A DNA stretch of 64,000 nucleotides from NCBI GenBank assembly GCA_963817955.1, contig CAWFQK010000007.1, positions 96,001-160,000 of the forward strand, given 5' to 3'. A program made the translations under genes and the position numbers. The stretch comes from an uncultured Gemmatimonadaceae bacterium (GTDB lineage: Bacteria; Gemmatimonadota; Gemmatimonadetes; Gemmatimonadales; Gemmatimonadaceae). This document shows, piece after piece, positions 1-8,624 of this stretch (position 1 is the stretch's first letter; the number at the start of each line of letters is the position of its first letter). Under the pieces are notes generated by a model. The model was not told the DNA's origin and ran no database searches. It worked only from the letters and a program-made list of their open reading frames with translations.

Positions 1-22
1 GTAAACTGAGCTTGCTCGGGGA

Positions 23-67
23 AACTCCTGAAGGCGGAGGGCAACTTGCCCTCCGCCTTCAGGAGTT
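23..67. terminator. Perfect 22-bp inverted repeat hairpin, probable terminator of the upstream gene (possibly flagellin)
   Basis: aactcctgaaggcggagggcaa-c-ttgccctccgccttcaggagtt; follows a TAA at 2-4; no long U tract. Confidence 0.6.
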
Positions 68-85
68 CGAGCGATCTGCCGATAC
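58..85 (+). promoter_or_regulatory. Sigma28 (FliA)-type promoter of fliD
   Basis: TTCA-N16-GCCGATAC (or TCAG-N15); resembles TAAA-N15/16-GCCGATAA. Confidence 0.6.
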
Positions 86-123
86 TCTGAAACGGGTATT
101 GGCCATCGCATGAGGAAGGCGCA

Positions 124-2853
124 ATGACAGCTCCGATCACCAGCATTCAGGGCCTGAGCAGCGGCATCAAGTGGCAGGACCTGGTCGACCAGCTCATTGC
201 AGTCGACACGACGCAGCAGTTGACACCGGTCACCGATCAGTCGACCGCGAAGACGGCGACCATGAAAGCATGGTCGTCGTATGGTACGGCGGTGTCCACA
301 GTGCTCACGACCGTCAAAGGACTGGCCGACGGCACTGCGTTCGGCGCGGTCGGCGTCACGGCGCCCAACAGCTCCATGACGAGTCGAACGTTGCTCACCG
401 CGACGGCGACCGCGACCGCCACACCCGGTTCATATGGCGTGCAGGTCCTCAGTACCGCTGCCGCGCAGAAGCTCAGCGGAAACGTCGTATCCGACGCCAC
501 CGCGGCGGTTGGTGTCAGCGGACAGTTCATCGTTGGCGGCCAGCTCGTCACGATTGCCAATGGAGACTCGCTCAATGGCATCCGCGACAAGATCAACGCA
601 CTGAACGCCGGCACCACGGCAACACATGTGTCGGCCTCGGTTCTTCAATTGGGTGGATCGTCATCGCGTCTCGTGCTGACGAGCGACACGGGTGGCGCCT
701 CCGGCATCGATCTGCGTGACGTGCGCGCCTCGTCCGGGGCTCCGACCTTGCTCACGCAACTCGGCTTCATTGATGGGCACACGACGAACGTCGGGAGCGA
801 TGGGGCGGCGCGAAGCGCTGCGTTCGTCAGCTCGACAACAACCGTGGCGCTCCAAACACCCGGAGCGGTCGCCTATCCTGCCGCCACGACCATCAACGTC
901 AACGGGAGCGCGGTTTCCGTCGACGTGCAGCATCAGAGTCTCGCCGACATCGCCGCCAGCATCAACGCGGCGCAGCCGAATACCGCGGTGGTCGAGACAG
1001 TAACCAATGGCGGCACGACGACGTATAACCTGAAGATTTCCGGCGCCGTTTCCGCGACGTCAGATACGGCGTCCCAACCCACGCTCGACCTGCTCGGCCT
1101 TTCGCGCGGCACCACGGGAGTGGTCAAGCAGCAGCTCGCGACGTCGAACGTGCTCCAGGACGGCACGGGAAGCACGGCCACTGGGTCGACGACGCTCCTC
1201 GGCCTCCAAGTGGCCGGGGGTGTGGGCGCGCAGATTGGCGATACGTTTACGTTCGCTGGTACCAAGGCGGACGGTGTCACGCCGGTGTCGCTCACGGAGA
1301 CAGTTGACGGGTCAAAGACGATCGCCAACATGCTCACCGACCTGACTGCGGCCTTCAGCTCCACCGACCGCCACGTGACCGCAGCGCTCGTGGGAGGAAA
1401 GATCCAACTGACCGACGATGCGGGCGGCGATTCCGGCCTCTCGTTTTCTGCGTCGGCCAACAACGAAAGCGGCGTGGCCGACCCGGTACTCGGTGCGAAT
1501 GTGAGTTTCGGCAGCGTCACCACGACCGCCATCGGTCGCCAGCGCGAGCTCGTGCAGGGAAACGACGCGCGCATCCTGGTGAACGGCATTTCTGTGACGC
1601 GGTCGAGTAACACCATCACCGACGCGATTGCTGGCGTTACGCTCAATCTGCAGCAGGCCGAGGTGGGCACGACGATCCCTGTGACCGTGTCGAGTGACAC
1701 CAGCGGGGCGGTGTCAGCCATCCAGAACTTTGCGTCCGCCTACAACGCGCTGCAAACCTTCGTCTCATCGTCCATCGCCCCCGGTGGCGCGTTGGCCTTC
1801 GATACGGGCGTGCGTTCGACCTTCGACACGATCAAGAACACCCTGCTCAGCGGCGTCACGGGTCTTCCCGCCGGAAGTGCGTACGACAACGCGGCCTTGG
1901 TCGGCGTCTCCCTCGACAAGACCGGCCAACTCCAGGTCGATGCCACAGTGCTCGGCGCGGCCTTGGCGAACAGCCCGAATGCAGTGAAGTCGCTGTTCCA
2001 GACGAACGGCGTCGTAGCCGCCGCCAACTTCAGCTACCTGGGCTCGAGCGACAAGACCGCCGCCGGCTCGTACGATATCAATATCACGCGCGCGGCCACG
2101 ACCGGCTCGGTCGTCAGCACCGCCGCCAGTTTCGTCTACGCCGACGGCGGCACGCCAGATACGTTGACGATCGGCGACTCGACGTCCGGGAAGTCCGGAT
2201 CGGTCACGCTTGCGAGCGGCGATACACCCGACAGCGTCGCCACGAAGTTGAACACGCTGTTTCAGGCCCAGGGCATCCGGTTGAGCGCGTCGAACGTCGC
2301 CGGCCATCTCACGGTAAACGGGCTTGACTACGGGAGTACACCCTCATTCACGATCGGGTACACGTCGACGGACGGGACGAACGTTGCCGGGCAGCTTGGC
2401 ATTTCCGCTGGAACCGTGCGCAATGGATCGGATGTGCAAGGCACGTTCTCGAGTGGCGCCACGACCTATGCCGCGACCGGCAAGGGGCAGCTTCTCACAG
2501 GCGGGATCGGCCTGCCGGTTGAAGGGCTCATCGCGAGCTACACAGGTTCCGCCGATGTTGCGACGAGCCACATGGACTTCGCCGTCGGGATTGCCGGGCT
2601 CGCGGCCAGGGTCGCGAACCAAGTCACTGCGTCGGATGGAACCGTTGCGACGGAAACAGCGGCGCTCCAGTCGAGCATTGCCGACCTCACGACTCGCGCA
2701 ACCAGTGTCCAGGCGCGGCTCGACCAGACAAAGACGGCGCTCCTCGCACAGTTCACGGCAATGGAGACCGCACTGGCACAGATCCAGGCACAAGGGACCT
2801 GGCTCACGCAACAGATCAATGTGATGAACGGTGTTAACTCCACAGGCGGTTGA
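124..2853 (+). CDS. fliD: Flagellar filament cap protein FliD, unusually long (909 aa)
   Basis: N-term GLSSGIKWQDLVDQL; SNTITDAIAGVTLNL; C-term LLAQFTAMETALAQIQAQ; RBS gagga; next to fliS. Confidence 0.93.
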   Translation: MTAPITSIQGLSSGIKWQDLVDQLIAVDTTQQLTPVTDQSTAKTATMKAWSSYGTAVSTVLTTVKGLADGTAFGAVGVTAPNSSMTSRTLLTATATATATPGSYGVQVLSTAAAQKLSGNVVSDATAAVGVSGQFIVGGQLVTIANGDSLNGIRDKINALNAGTTATHVSASVLQLGGSSSRLVLTSDTGGASGIDLRDVRASSGAPTLLTQLGFIDGHTTNVGSDGAARSAAFVSSTTTVALQTPGAVAYPAATTINVNGSAVSVDVQHQSLADIAASINAAQPNTAVVETVTNGGTTTYNLKISGAVSATSDTASQPTLDLLGLSRGTTGVVKQQLATSNVLQDGTGSTATGSTTLLGLQVAGGVGAQIGDTFTFAGTKADGVTPVSLTETVDGSKTIANMLTDLTAAFSSTDRHVTAALVGGKIQLTDDAGGDSGLSFSASANNESGVADPVLGANVSFGSVTTTAIGRQRELVQGNDARILVNGISVTRSSNTITDAIAGVTLNLQQAEVGTTIPVTVSSDTSGAVSAIQNFASAYNALQTFVSSSIAPGGALAFDTGVRSTFDTIKNTLLSGVTGLPAGSAYDNAALVGVSLDKTGQLQVDATVLGAALANSPNAVKSLFQTNGVVAAANFSYLGSSDKTAAGSYDINITRAATTGSVVSTAASFVYADGGTPDTLTIGDSTSGKSGSVTLASGDTPDSVATKLNTLFQAQGIRLSASNVAGHLTVNGLDYGSTPSFTIGYTSTDGTNVAGQLGISAGTVRNGSDVQGTFSSGATTYAATGKGQLLTGGIGLPVEGLIASYTGSADVATSHMDFAVGIAGLAARVANQVTASDGTVATETAALQSSIADLTTRATSVQARLDQTKTALLAQFTAMETALAQIQAQGTWLTQQINVMNGVNSTGG

Positions 2854-2861
2854 GCCGATAG
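2834..2861 (+). promoter_or_regulatory. Sigma28-type promoter of fliS
   Basis: TTAA-N16-GCCGATAG ending 8 nt before ATG 2870. Confidence 0.55.
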
Positions 2862-2869
2862 TTAGGCGC

Positions 2870-3274
2870 ATGAGCTACTCAAACGCCTCCCGTGCGGCAA
2901 CAGCATATCGCCAGCGCGAAGTGCTTGCCGCGAGCCCCGCCCGCATGGTCGTCATGGTGTACGACCATACCCTGTCCAATCTTATGCGCGCCGCGGCCGC
3001 GGCAGATCCGGCCAAGCTCGAAATCAGGCTCGAGGCGCTGACGCGCGCTCGCGCCGGCATCATGGAATTATTCACTACGGTCGACACCGATAAAGGCGGC
3101 GAACTCGGAAACAATCTCCGCGGGCTATACGGCTTTGTCTTTACCCAACTCATGGACGAAGCCCGGAATCCCAATCCGACGCGTCTCAAGCGGTTGACCG
3201 CAATTGTCGCCGACCTGCGCGACGCATTCGCCACCATCGCCACGGACGGCGCGGCCCGGGTTTCGGCCGCGTAG
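2870..3274 (+). CDS. fliS: Flagellin export chaperone FliS
   Basis: AYRQREVLAASPARMVVMVYD and DKGGELGNNLRGLYGF motifs; ATG 2870 chosen over the upstream GTG. Confidence 0.9.
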   Translation: MSYSNASRAATAYRQREVLAASPARMVVMVYDHTLSNLMRAAAAADPAKLEIRLEALTRARAGIMELFTTVDTDKGGELGNNLRGLYGFVFTQLMDEARNPNPTRLKRLTAIVADLRDAFATIATDGAARVSAA

Positions 3275-3711
3275 TGTCCATGCATACCGCCAGCGCCATC
3301 GCCCTGCACGTAGAAGCCGCCAAGCGGCTCCTCGTGGAAATCGAGGAGCACGCCGCGTCGGCGCTCTTTGCGCTCGGTCGGGAGAACGGAACGGAATTCT
3401 TCGCTGCCGTCAACGAGCGCGAGCAGGTTCTGGCGCAACTCGATGAAGTGGTCGAAGCGCTGGCGCACGAGCGTGCTTCGGGCGGGCAGGGCGACGAGCC
3501 CGATGCCGCGACGGCCGTTCTGCTGGCGGAAATGGCCCAAGCCGCAGCAGCCGCCCTGGAATCGCACGAGCAGTTGCTGGCACAAACGCGGCGTGAGCGT
3601 GACCGGTTGGCCTCGGCGCTGAACCGGTCGACGCGTCCGGATTCAGTCGCGAACCACTACGCCGCGGCGGTCATCAGTTCCCGACCGCGAACATTTTCGG
3701 CTACCGGCTGA
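3274..3711 (+). CDS. Helical flagellar chaperone-like protein (FliT/FlgN-like)
   Basis: All-helical 145 aa coupled to the fliS stop, in the usual fliT position; no firm motif. Confidence 0.5.
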   Translation: MSMHTASAIALHVEAAKRLLVEIEEHAASALFALGRENGTEFFAAVNEREQVLAQLDEVVEALAHERASGGQGDEPDAATAVLLAEMAQAAAAALESHEQLLAQTRRERDRLASALNRSTRPDSVANHYAAAVISSRPRTFSATG

Positions 3712-3717
3712 TCCGCA

Positions 3718-4125
3718 ATGGTAGAGCCTCTCCTGCCACTCGACGGCGCTGGCAATGCAACGCCGATTCTACCGATCCCAGGGTCTGACCCGGCCATAAA
3801 TGCCGTGGCGGAGCCGACTATTCCGGAGCAGTACGAGCTGCTCCTGAGCAAGCTGGTGCGCGCCGAACGGGATTTGGAAGTGGACGGAGTGGTGGGCGGC
3901 CGCAGTAGCCACCTGGAAGAGGCGTCAGGTATCGTTTTCGATCTGTTGTACAGCCTTGACTACAAGCACGGGGGCGAGCTGGTGCCCCGGTTGGCGGCGC
4001 TTTACGGCTATATCGCCAATGAGCTTCTGAACGTGGGGCGCACCGGTGATCGCCTCCAATTGAGCCATTTAAGAGACATGGTCACGACACTGCGGCAGTC
4101 TTGGTTAGGTCAGGATGCAGCATAG
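3718..4125 (+). CDS. Second, divergent FliS-like protein
   Basis: IVFDLLYSLDYKHGGELVPRLAALYGYI...LRQSW resembles the FliS C-terminal half. Confidence 0.7.
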   Translation: MVEPLLPLDGAGNATPILPIPGSDPAINAVAEPTIPEQYELLLSKLVRAERDLEVDGVVGGRSSHLEEASGIVFDLLYSLDYKHGGELVPRLAALYGYIANELLNVGRTGDRLQLSHLRDMVTTLRQSWLGQDAA

Positions 4126-4190
4126 CAGTTGGAAACAGCTGTTTGTGCCGATCGCCGTGTCGATCGGGTTCTGGGCCGAAAATTTCGGCG

Positions 4191-4218
4191 TTAAAGTTCC
4201 AGTCCACTTGGTCGATAC
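4191..4218 (+). promoter_or_regulatory. Sigma28-type promoter of flgM
   Basis: TAAAGTT...GTCGATAC, TAAA-N15 spacing. Confidence 0.75.
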
Positions 4219-4236
4219 TCTGCGTCGGAGGGAATA

Positions 4237-4548
4237 ATGCACATCAATCCGAAGAACACCGGGCCCATCCGCCCGGAGACAACCCGCACTTCGCAGCCCA
4301 CCAACGGATCGGAGCGTGTTCCGATCTCGCCAACGCCCGCGCTGCCATCGAGTGCCGACCGGACTGACCGCGTCGAGATCTCGAATGCCGGCCGAGCGTT
4401 AGCGGCCCGGAACGGAAGTGTGGATTCGGCTAGCCTGGACCCCGCTCGGGCAGCAGCCATTCGCGGGCGCATTCTCAGCGGAGCGTACGATACGGTGCAG
4501 GTAGTCGACGCAGTCGCGCGCCGGCTCCTCGACTCCGGGGATCTCTAG
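4237..4548 (+). CDS. flgM: Anti-sigma28 factor FlgM
   Basis: DRVEISNAGR and RAAAIRGRILSGAY motifs; RBS ggaggg. Confidence 0.8.
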   Translation: MHINPKNTGPIRPETTRTSQPTNGSERVPISPTPALPSSADRTDRVEISNAGRALAARNGSVDSASLDPARAAAIRGRILSGAYDTVQVVDAVARRLLDSGDL

Positions 4549-4581
4549 TCTTCACCGTTTCACTCACGGACAGCCCCTCCC

Positions 4582-4959
4582 ATGAAGTTCCTCGTCGTGG
4601 ACGATTCCGTCACCATGCGCCGCATCATGGTCAATTCGCTTCAGCGCATTGGATATACCGAGATCGTGGAAGCGAGTGATGGTCAGGAAGCGCTCACGCG
4701 ATTTGACGCGAGCATCGGGTTCATCATCACTGACTGGAACATGCCGAACATGACGGGGCTGGAGTTTGCGAGGGCCCTCCGAGCGAGCGACAATGGTCGC
4801 ACCGTTCCGATTCTCATGGTGACCACCCGTGGCGCACGCGAGGACATCGTGAGTGCCGTGGAGGCCGGGGTCAATAACTACGTTCTCAAACCTTTCACGC
4901 CCCCGGTGCTCAAAGAGAAGATTGATTCGCTTCTCGCGACGCTTGGCGCGGCGGCCTAG
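4582..4959 (+). CDS. cheY: Chemotaxis response regulator CheY
   Basis: Single REC domain: VVDDS, ITDWNMPNMTG, LKPFT. Confidence 0.9.
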   Translation: MKFLVVDDSVTMRRIMVNSLQRIGYTEIVEASDGQEALTRFDASIGFIITDWNMPNMTGLEFARALRASDNGRTVPILMVTTRGAREDIVSAVEAGVNNYVLKPFTPPVLKEKIDSLLATLGAAA

Positions 4960-4967
4960 GAATACGT

Positions 4968-5675
4968 ATGCGACCGTCCGACGAACTCCTATACGATTCC
5001 GAGGCGTCGTTGCGCCTCGTGGACCATGCCATTGAGGAACTGAACGCCTCAGGCGCCGACCTCGATCGTGACGAGCACGCCTTTATCGCGCAAGTGTCTA
5101 ATCAACCGGGCGGTTTTCTGGATTTGTCGAAGACGCTGCTCCGCGCCTACACGGAGAGCGTTGGCATCGTGGCACGCATGCGCGAGACGCAGTGTGTGCT
5201 CGAGACCGCGACGATGGAAAATCTGGGCCAGATGCATGGCAAGCTCTCGGAGGTGTCGTCGGCCACAGAAATCGCTACGACCGACATCCTCAACGGGTTG
5301 GGTCGCGGCGTCGAGTTAGTCGAGCGTATCAAGGAGCTCGAGGGCGGCGCTGCCGGCGATCGCGACGAGCTATTGGCCAGCCTGCGCGAGGAGTTGTACG
5401 GCGTGATGGTGCACCTCCAGTTTCAGGACATCACGGCGCAGCAGCTCCAGCATATCGCGGCGTTGCTCGCGGAGATGAAAGAGCGTCTTTCGGACCTCGC
5501 GCACATTTTCGCGCCGTACGCCGTGAAGACGGCCCAAGTGCCCCAGATGCCCCAAACGGCCCGTGAGGTTCCCGCTGGCGCCTTCGATCCGCACGCCACC
5601 ACAAGCCATGCATCCGCGCGCCAGGCGATTGCCGATGAGGTCTTCGCGGTCCAATCGGTGCGCAAGACAGCCTAG
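4968..5675 (+). CDS. CheZ-like CheY-P phosphatase
   Basis: ATEIATTDIL and LQFQDITAQQ (DxxxQ) motifs; between cheY and cheA. Confidence 0.7.
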   Translation: MRPSDELLYDSEASLRLVDHAIEELNASGADLDRDEHAFIAQVSNQPGGFLDLSKTLLRAYTESVGIVARMRETQCVLETATMENLGQMHGKLSEVSSATEIATTDILNGLGRGVELVERIKELEGGAAGDRDELLASLREELYGVMVHLQFQDITAQQLQHIAALLAEMKERLSDLAHIFAPYAVKTAQVPQMPQTAREVPAGAFDPHATTSHASARQAIADEVFAVQSVRKTA

Positions 5676-5725
5676 CCGGCGCGTCGCGCCGGACCCGTAC
5701 CTTCACCGCTCGAGGCAGTTCGAAC

Positions 5726-7843
5726 ATGGAGTCCCGCGTGCAGATGCTCGATGATATCGCGTCGCTGGTCGTGCAGCTCGAGCCGAACGACGAAGCGGCG
5801 CTTCGCGAAATCCGCGCGGCGCTTCATTCGGCGCTCACGTCGACGGCCTACACCAGCGCGGTCAAGACGCTCATCGTCGAGGCGCTGCTGCTGTTCGACG
5901 ATCCACGCGAAGACGTAGAGGGTGGCGCGGAAAAGCTCGTCCACGGGCTACGTGCGCTCGTCGAGAGTGCGGTCAACGCGCACGAGTCGGGCACGGCGAC
6001 ACCCGCCCGACCGGCTCCGGCAGTGGAATCGCAGAGCATCGCGGTCGGAACATTCCTGGGGCCGAACGCCGATCGACCACTGCTCGCTGAGTTCATCGGA
6101 GAGTGCCGCGACTATCTCGATGGATCGGAGGCCTCGCTGCTCCGCCTCGAGGCGGATGCAAGCGACACCGAGGCAATCAACACCATCTTCCGCGCCTTCC
6201 ACACGATCAAGGGCACCTCGGCGTTCCTCGGCGTCGAGCTGGCCACCGGTCTGGCACACGAGGCCGAAACGCTGCTGAGCAAAGCGCGTGACGGCTCTAT
6301 TTCCTGCACCGGCGACGTGGCCGATGTCATCTTCCGCACCATCGATGTATTGAAAGGCGTCATGGATGGCGTGGAGCAGGCGCTCGCGGGCCAGGAGCCC
6401 ACGATACCGCCTCAATACGAAGAAACGATTCGGCAACTCCGTGCGCTGGATCGCGAACCCCCCGCAGAGTCGCCAATAGAGTCGGTGATGGCGCCGCCGA
6501 CAGAGCCATTGACGGTATCGCCGACAGAGCCGCTGACGGAGTCACCTGCGGCCGCCAGTGCATCGCCCACTGGGGCGCCATCAACGGCGCAAGTGGCTGC
6601 GGCTGCCGCGGCAGCCCGTGGACCGCGTCTCGCCGAGATGGTTCGCGTTCGGACGGATCGCCTCGATCGCATCATCGAAATGGTAGGCGAACTCGTCATC
6701 GCGCAGTCGATGTTGTCCCAGGACGCTACGGTACGCGAGCAGACGAATTATGAGCTCTCGCGCAAGGTTGGTCATGCGGAGAAGATCGTCCGCGAATTGC
6801 AGGACCTCAGCATGGGAATGCGAATGGTGCCGCTGAAGGCGCCGTTCCAGAAGGTCGCGCGATTGGCGCGCGATCTGGCGCACCGTCATCAGAAGCTGGT
6901 GGAGTTTTCGGCCGAAGGCGAAGATACCGAAATCGATCGCAATCTCGTCGACGTGCTGGCGGATCCGCTGGTGCACATGATCCGCAACGCCGTCGACCAC
7001 GGCATCGAATTGCCGGACGATCGTGAACGCGCGGGCAAGCCGCGGGCCGGCCAGCTCCGAATCACGGCGTCGCACGTCGGCGGCAACGTCGTCGTCGAGC
7101 TGCACGATGACGGCCGCGGATTGAATCGCGAGCGCATCGTTGCCAAAGCAATCGCCATGCGGATCATCGAGACGGCGGACGGGCTCACTGATACTGAGAT
7201 CTTCAATCTCATCTTCCGCCCAGGTTTCTCCACGGCCGAGAAAGTGACGGACGTTTCTGGCCGTGGCGTTGGTATGGACGTGGTGCGGCGCAATGTCGAG
7301 TCGATGCGCGGCCGCGTGGAGATCACGTCGCGTCCCGGCCAGGGCTCGACATTCACCATTCGCCTTCCGCTCACACTGGCGATCACCGACGGTATGCTCA
7401 TTCGTGTCGGTCAGGAGCGGTACCTCGTGCCAACGGAGCACATCCGCGTGAGCTTCCGACCCGAGTCGTCGCAACTGTCGACGATTGGCGGACGTCGCGA
7501 GGTGGTGATGCTCCGAGGCGAGGTCATGCCGGTCGTTCGGCTGCACCAGCTGTTCAACATTCGCGGTGCAGAGGAACGTCCCGAGGATGCCTTGCTCATG
7601 GTCATCGGCACCGGGCGTGACAGCGCTGCCGTGCTGGTCGATGAGCTGCTTGGGCAGAGCCAAGTGGTCGCGAAGTCGCTCGGCGATGGCCTGGGCCGCG
7701 TGCCTGGCGTGTCCGGCGGTGCGATCCTCGGCGACGGACGCGTCGGTCTCATTCTCGACGTTCACGAGCTGGTCGAGATCTCGCGACACAGTGGAACGGT
7801 CCGCGCTCCGTCGCCCGTCGCCGAGGCTCTTGCGGTGGCCTGA
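5726..7843 (+). CDS. cheA: Chemotaxis histidine kinase CheA
   Basis: Hpt FRAFHTIKG; HMIRNAVDHGIE; GFSTAEKVTDVSGRGVGMDVV; C-terminal CheW-like domain. Confidence 0.96.
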   Translation: MESRVQMLDDIASLVVQLEPNDEAALREIRAALHSALTSTAYTSAVKTLIVEALLLFDDPREDVEGGAEKLVHGLRALVESAVNAHESGTATPARPAPAVESQSIAVGTFLGPNADRPLLAEFIGECRDYLDGSEASLLRLEADASDTEAINTIFRAFHTIKGTSAFLGVELATGLAHEAETLLSKARDGSISCTGDVADVIFRTIDVLKGVMDGVEQALAGQEPTIPPQYEETIRQLRALDREPPAESPIESVMAPPTEPLTVSPTEPLTESPAAASASPTGAPSTAQVAAAAAAARGPRLAEMVRVRTDRLDRIIEMVGELVIAQSMLSQDATVREQTNYELSRKVGHAEKIVRELQDLSMGMRMVPLKAPFQKVARLARDLAHRHQKLVEFSAEGEDTEIDRNLVDVLADPLVHMIRNAVDHGIELPDDRERAGKPRAGQLRITASHVGGNVVVELHDDGRGLNRERIVAKAIAMRIIETADGLTDTEIFNLIFRPGFSTAEKVTDVSGRGVGMDVVRRNVESMRGRVEITSRPGQGSTFTIRLPLTLAITDGMLIRVGQERYLVPTEHIRVSFRPESSQLSTIGGRREVVMLRGEVMPVVRLHQLFNIRGAEERPEDALLMVIGTGRDSAAVLVDELLGQSQVVAKSLGDGLGRVPGVSGGAILGDGRVGLILDVHELVEISRHSGTVRAPSPVAEALAVA

Positions 7844-7860
7844 GCGGGTACGCCTGTAGC

Positions 7861-7888
7861 TCAAGTCGGCGGCCGAGTCCGTCGATAC
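7861..7888 (+). promoter_or_regulatory. Sigma28-type promoter of cheW
   Basis: TCAA-N16-GTCGATAC in the cheA-cheW gap. Confidence 0.6.
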
Positions 7889-7943
7889 TCTCCGAGAGTG
7901 GTGCCCCGAATCGGCACCGATCAATTCAATCTTGGAGCCATCA

Positions 7944-8471
7944 ATGTCCAGCGTTGCCGAGGCAGCCAACGCCCCTCGTGAATCCGCGAAAGGCGGCAAG
8001 TTTCTCTCGTTCTTTCTGGCGGGAGAAGAATACGGTCTCGAGATCCTCAAGGTGCACGAGATCATCAGCATGCTGCCGATCACGCGTGTGCCGCGGACGC
8101 CGCCGTTTGTGCGTGGCGTGGTGAATCTGCGAGGCAAGGTCATTCCGATCATGGATCTCCGCCTGAAGTTCGGGATGGACGCCGGCGGCGCGGAGAGCTG
8201 CATCATCGTGGTCCAACTGCGGGGCGTGCAGATCGGCATTGTCGTGGATCGCGTGTCCGAAGTCTTGAATATTTCTGCCTCGGATATCGAGCCGCCGCCG
8301 TCCTTCGGCGCCGACGTGCAGACGGAATACCTGCTTGGTCTGGCGAAGGGACAGGATCGCGTGCGCCTGCTGCTCGACATCGAGCGCGCGCTGTCGAGTA
8401 GCGAAGTGGAGGTTCTACGGATTACCGCCGGAGAGATCCCAGCGGCGGAGTCGCCCGCAGTGGCAGCCTGA
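7944..8471 (+). CDS. cheW: CheW adaptor
   Basis: FLSFFLAGEEYG; GVVNLRGKVIPIMDLR. Confidence 0.93.
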   Translation: MSSVAEAANAPRESAKGGKFLSFFLAGEEYGLEILKVHEIISMLPITRVPRTPPFVRGVVNLRGKVIPIMDLRLKFGMDAGGAESCIIVVQLRGVQIGIVVDRVSEVLNISASDIEPPPSFGADVQTEYLLGLAKGQDRVRLLLDIERALSSSEVEVLRITAGEIPAAESPAVAA

Positions 8472-8482
8472 TCGCGCCGGTC

Positions 8483-8510
8483 TCAACTCGGCCCGTATTC
8501 GTGCCGATGC
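8483..8510 (+). promoter_or_regulatory. Sigma28-type promoter of the MCP
   Basis: TCAA-N16-GCCGATGC. Confidence 0.55.
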
Positions 8511-8624
8511 TCTCGAATATGGGCGGTCATGGCCCAGTCCAACATCCGTGGCAATCGGTGGCCTAAATGGCCTCGACGGCAAACCACTGCGAGCGCTGAT
8601 TTCACCTCTGCAACTCACACTTCG

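Noticed and set aside
6581..8380. Long antisense ORFs (also 8415-9872, 38925-41108, 25970-27238)
   Set aside because: Shadow frames of well-supported genes in GC-rich DNA, with no motifs of their own.
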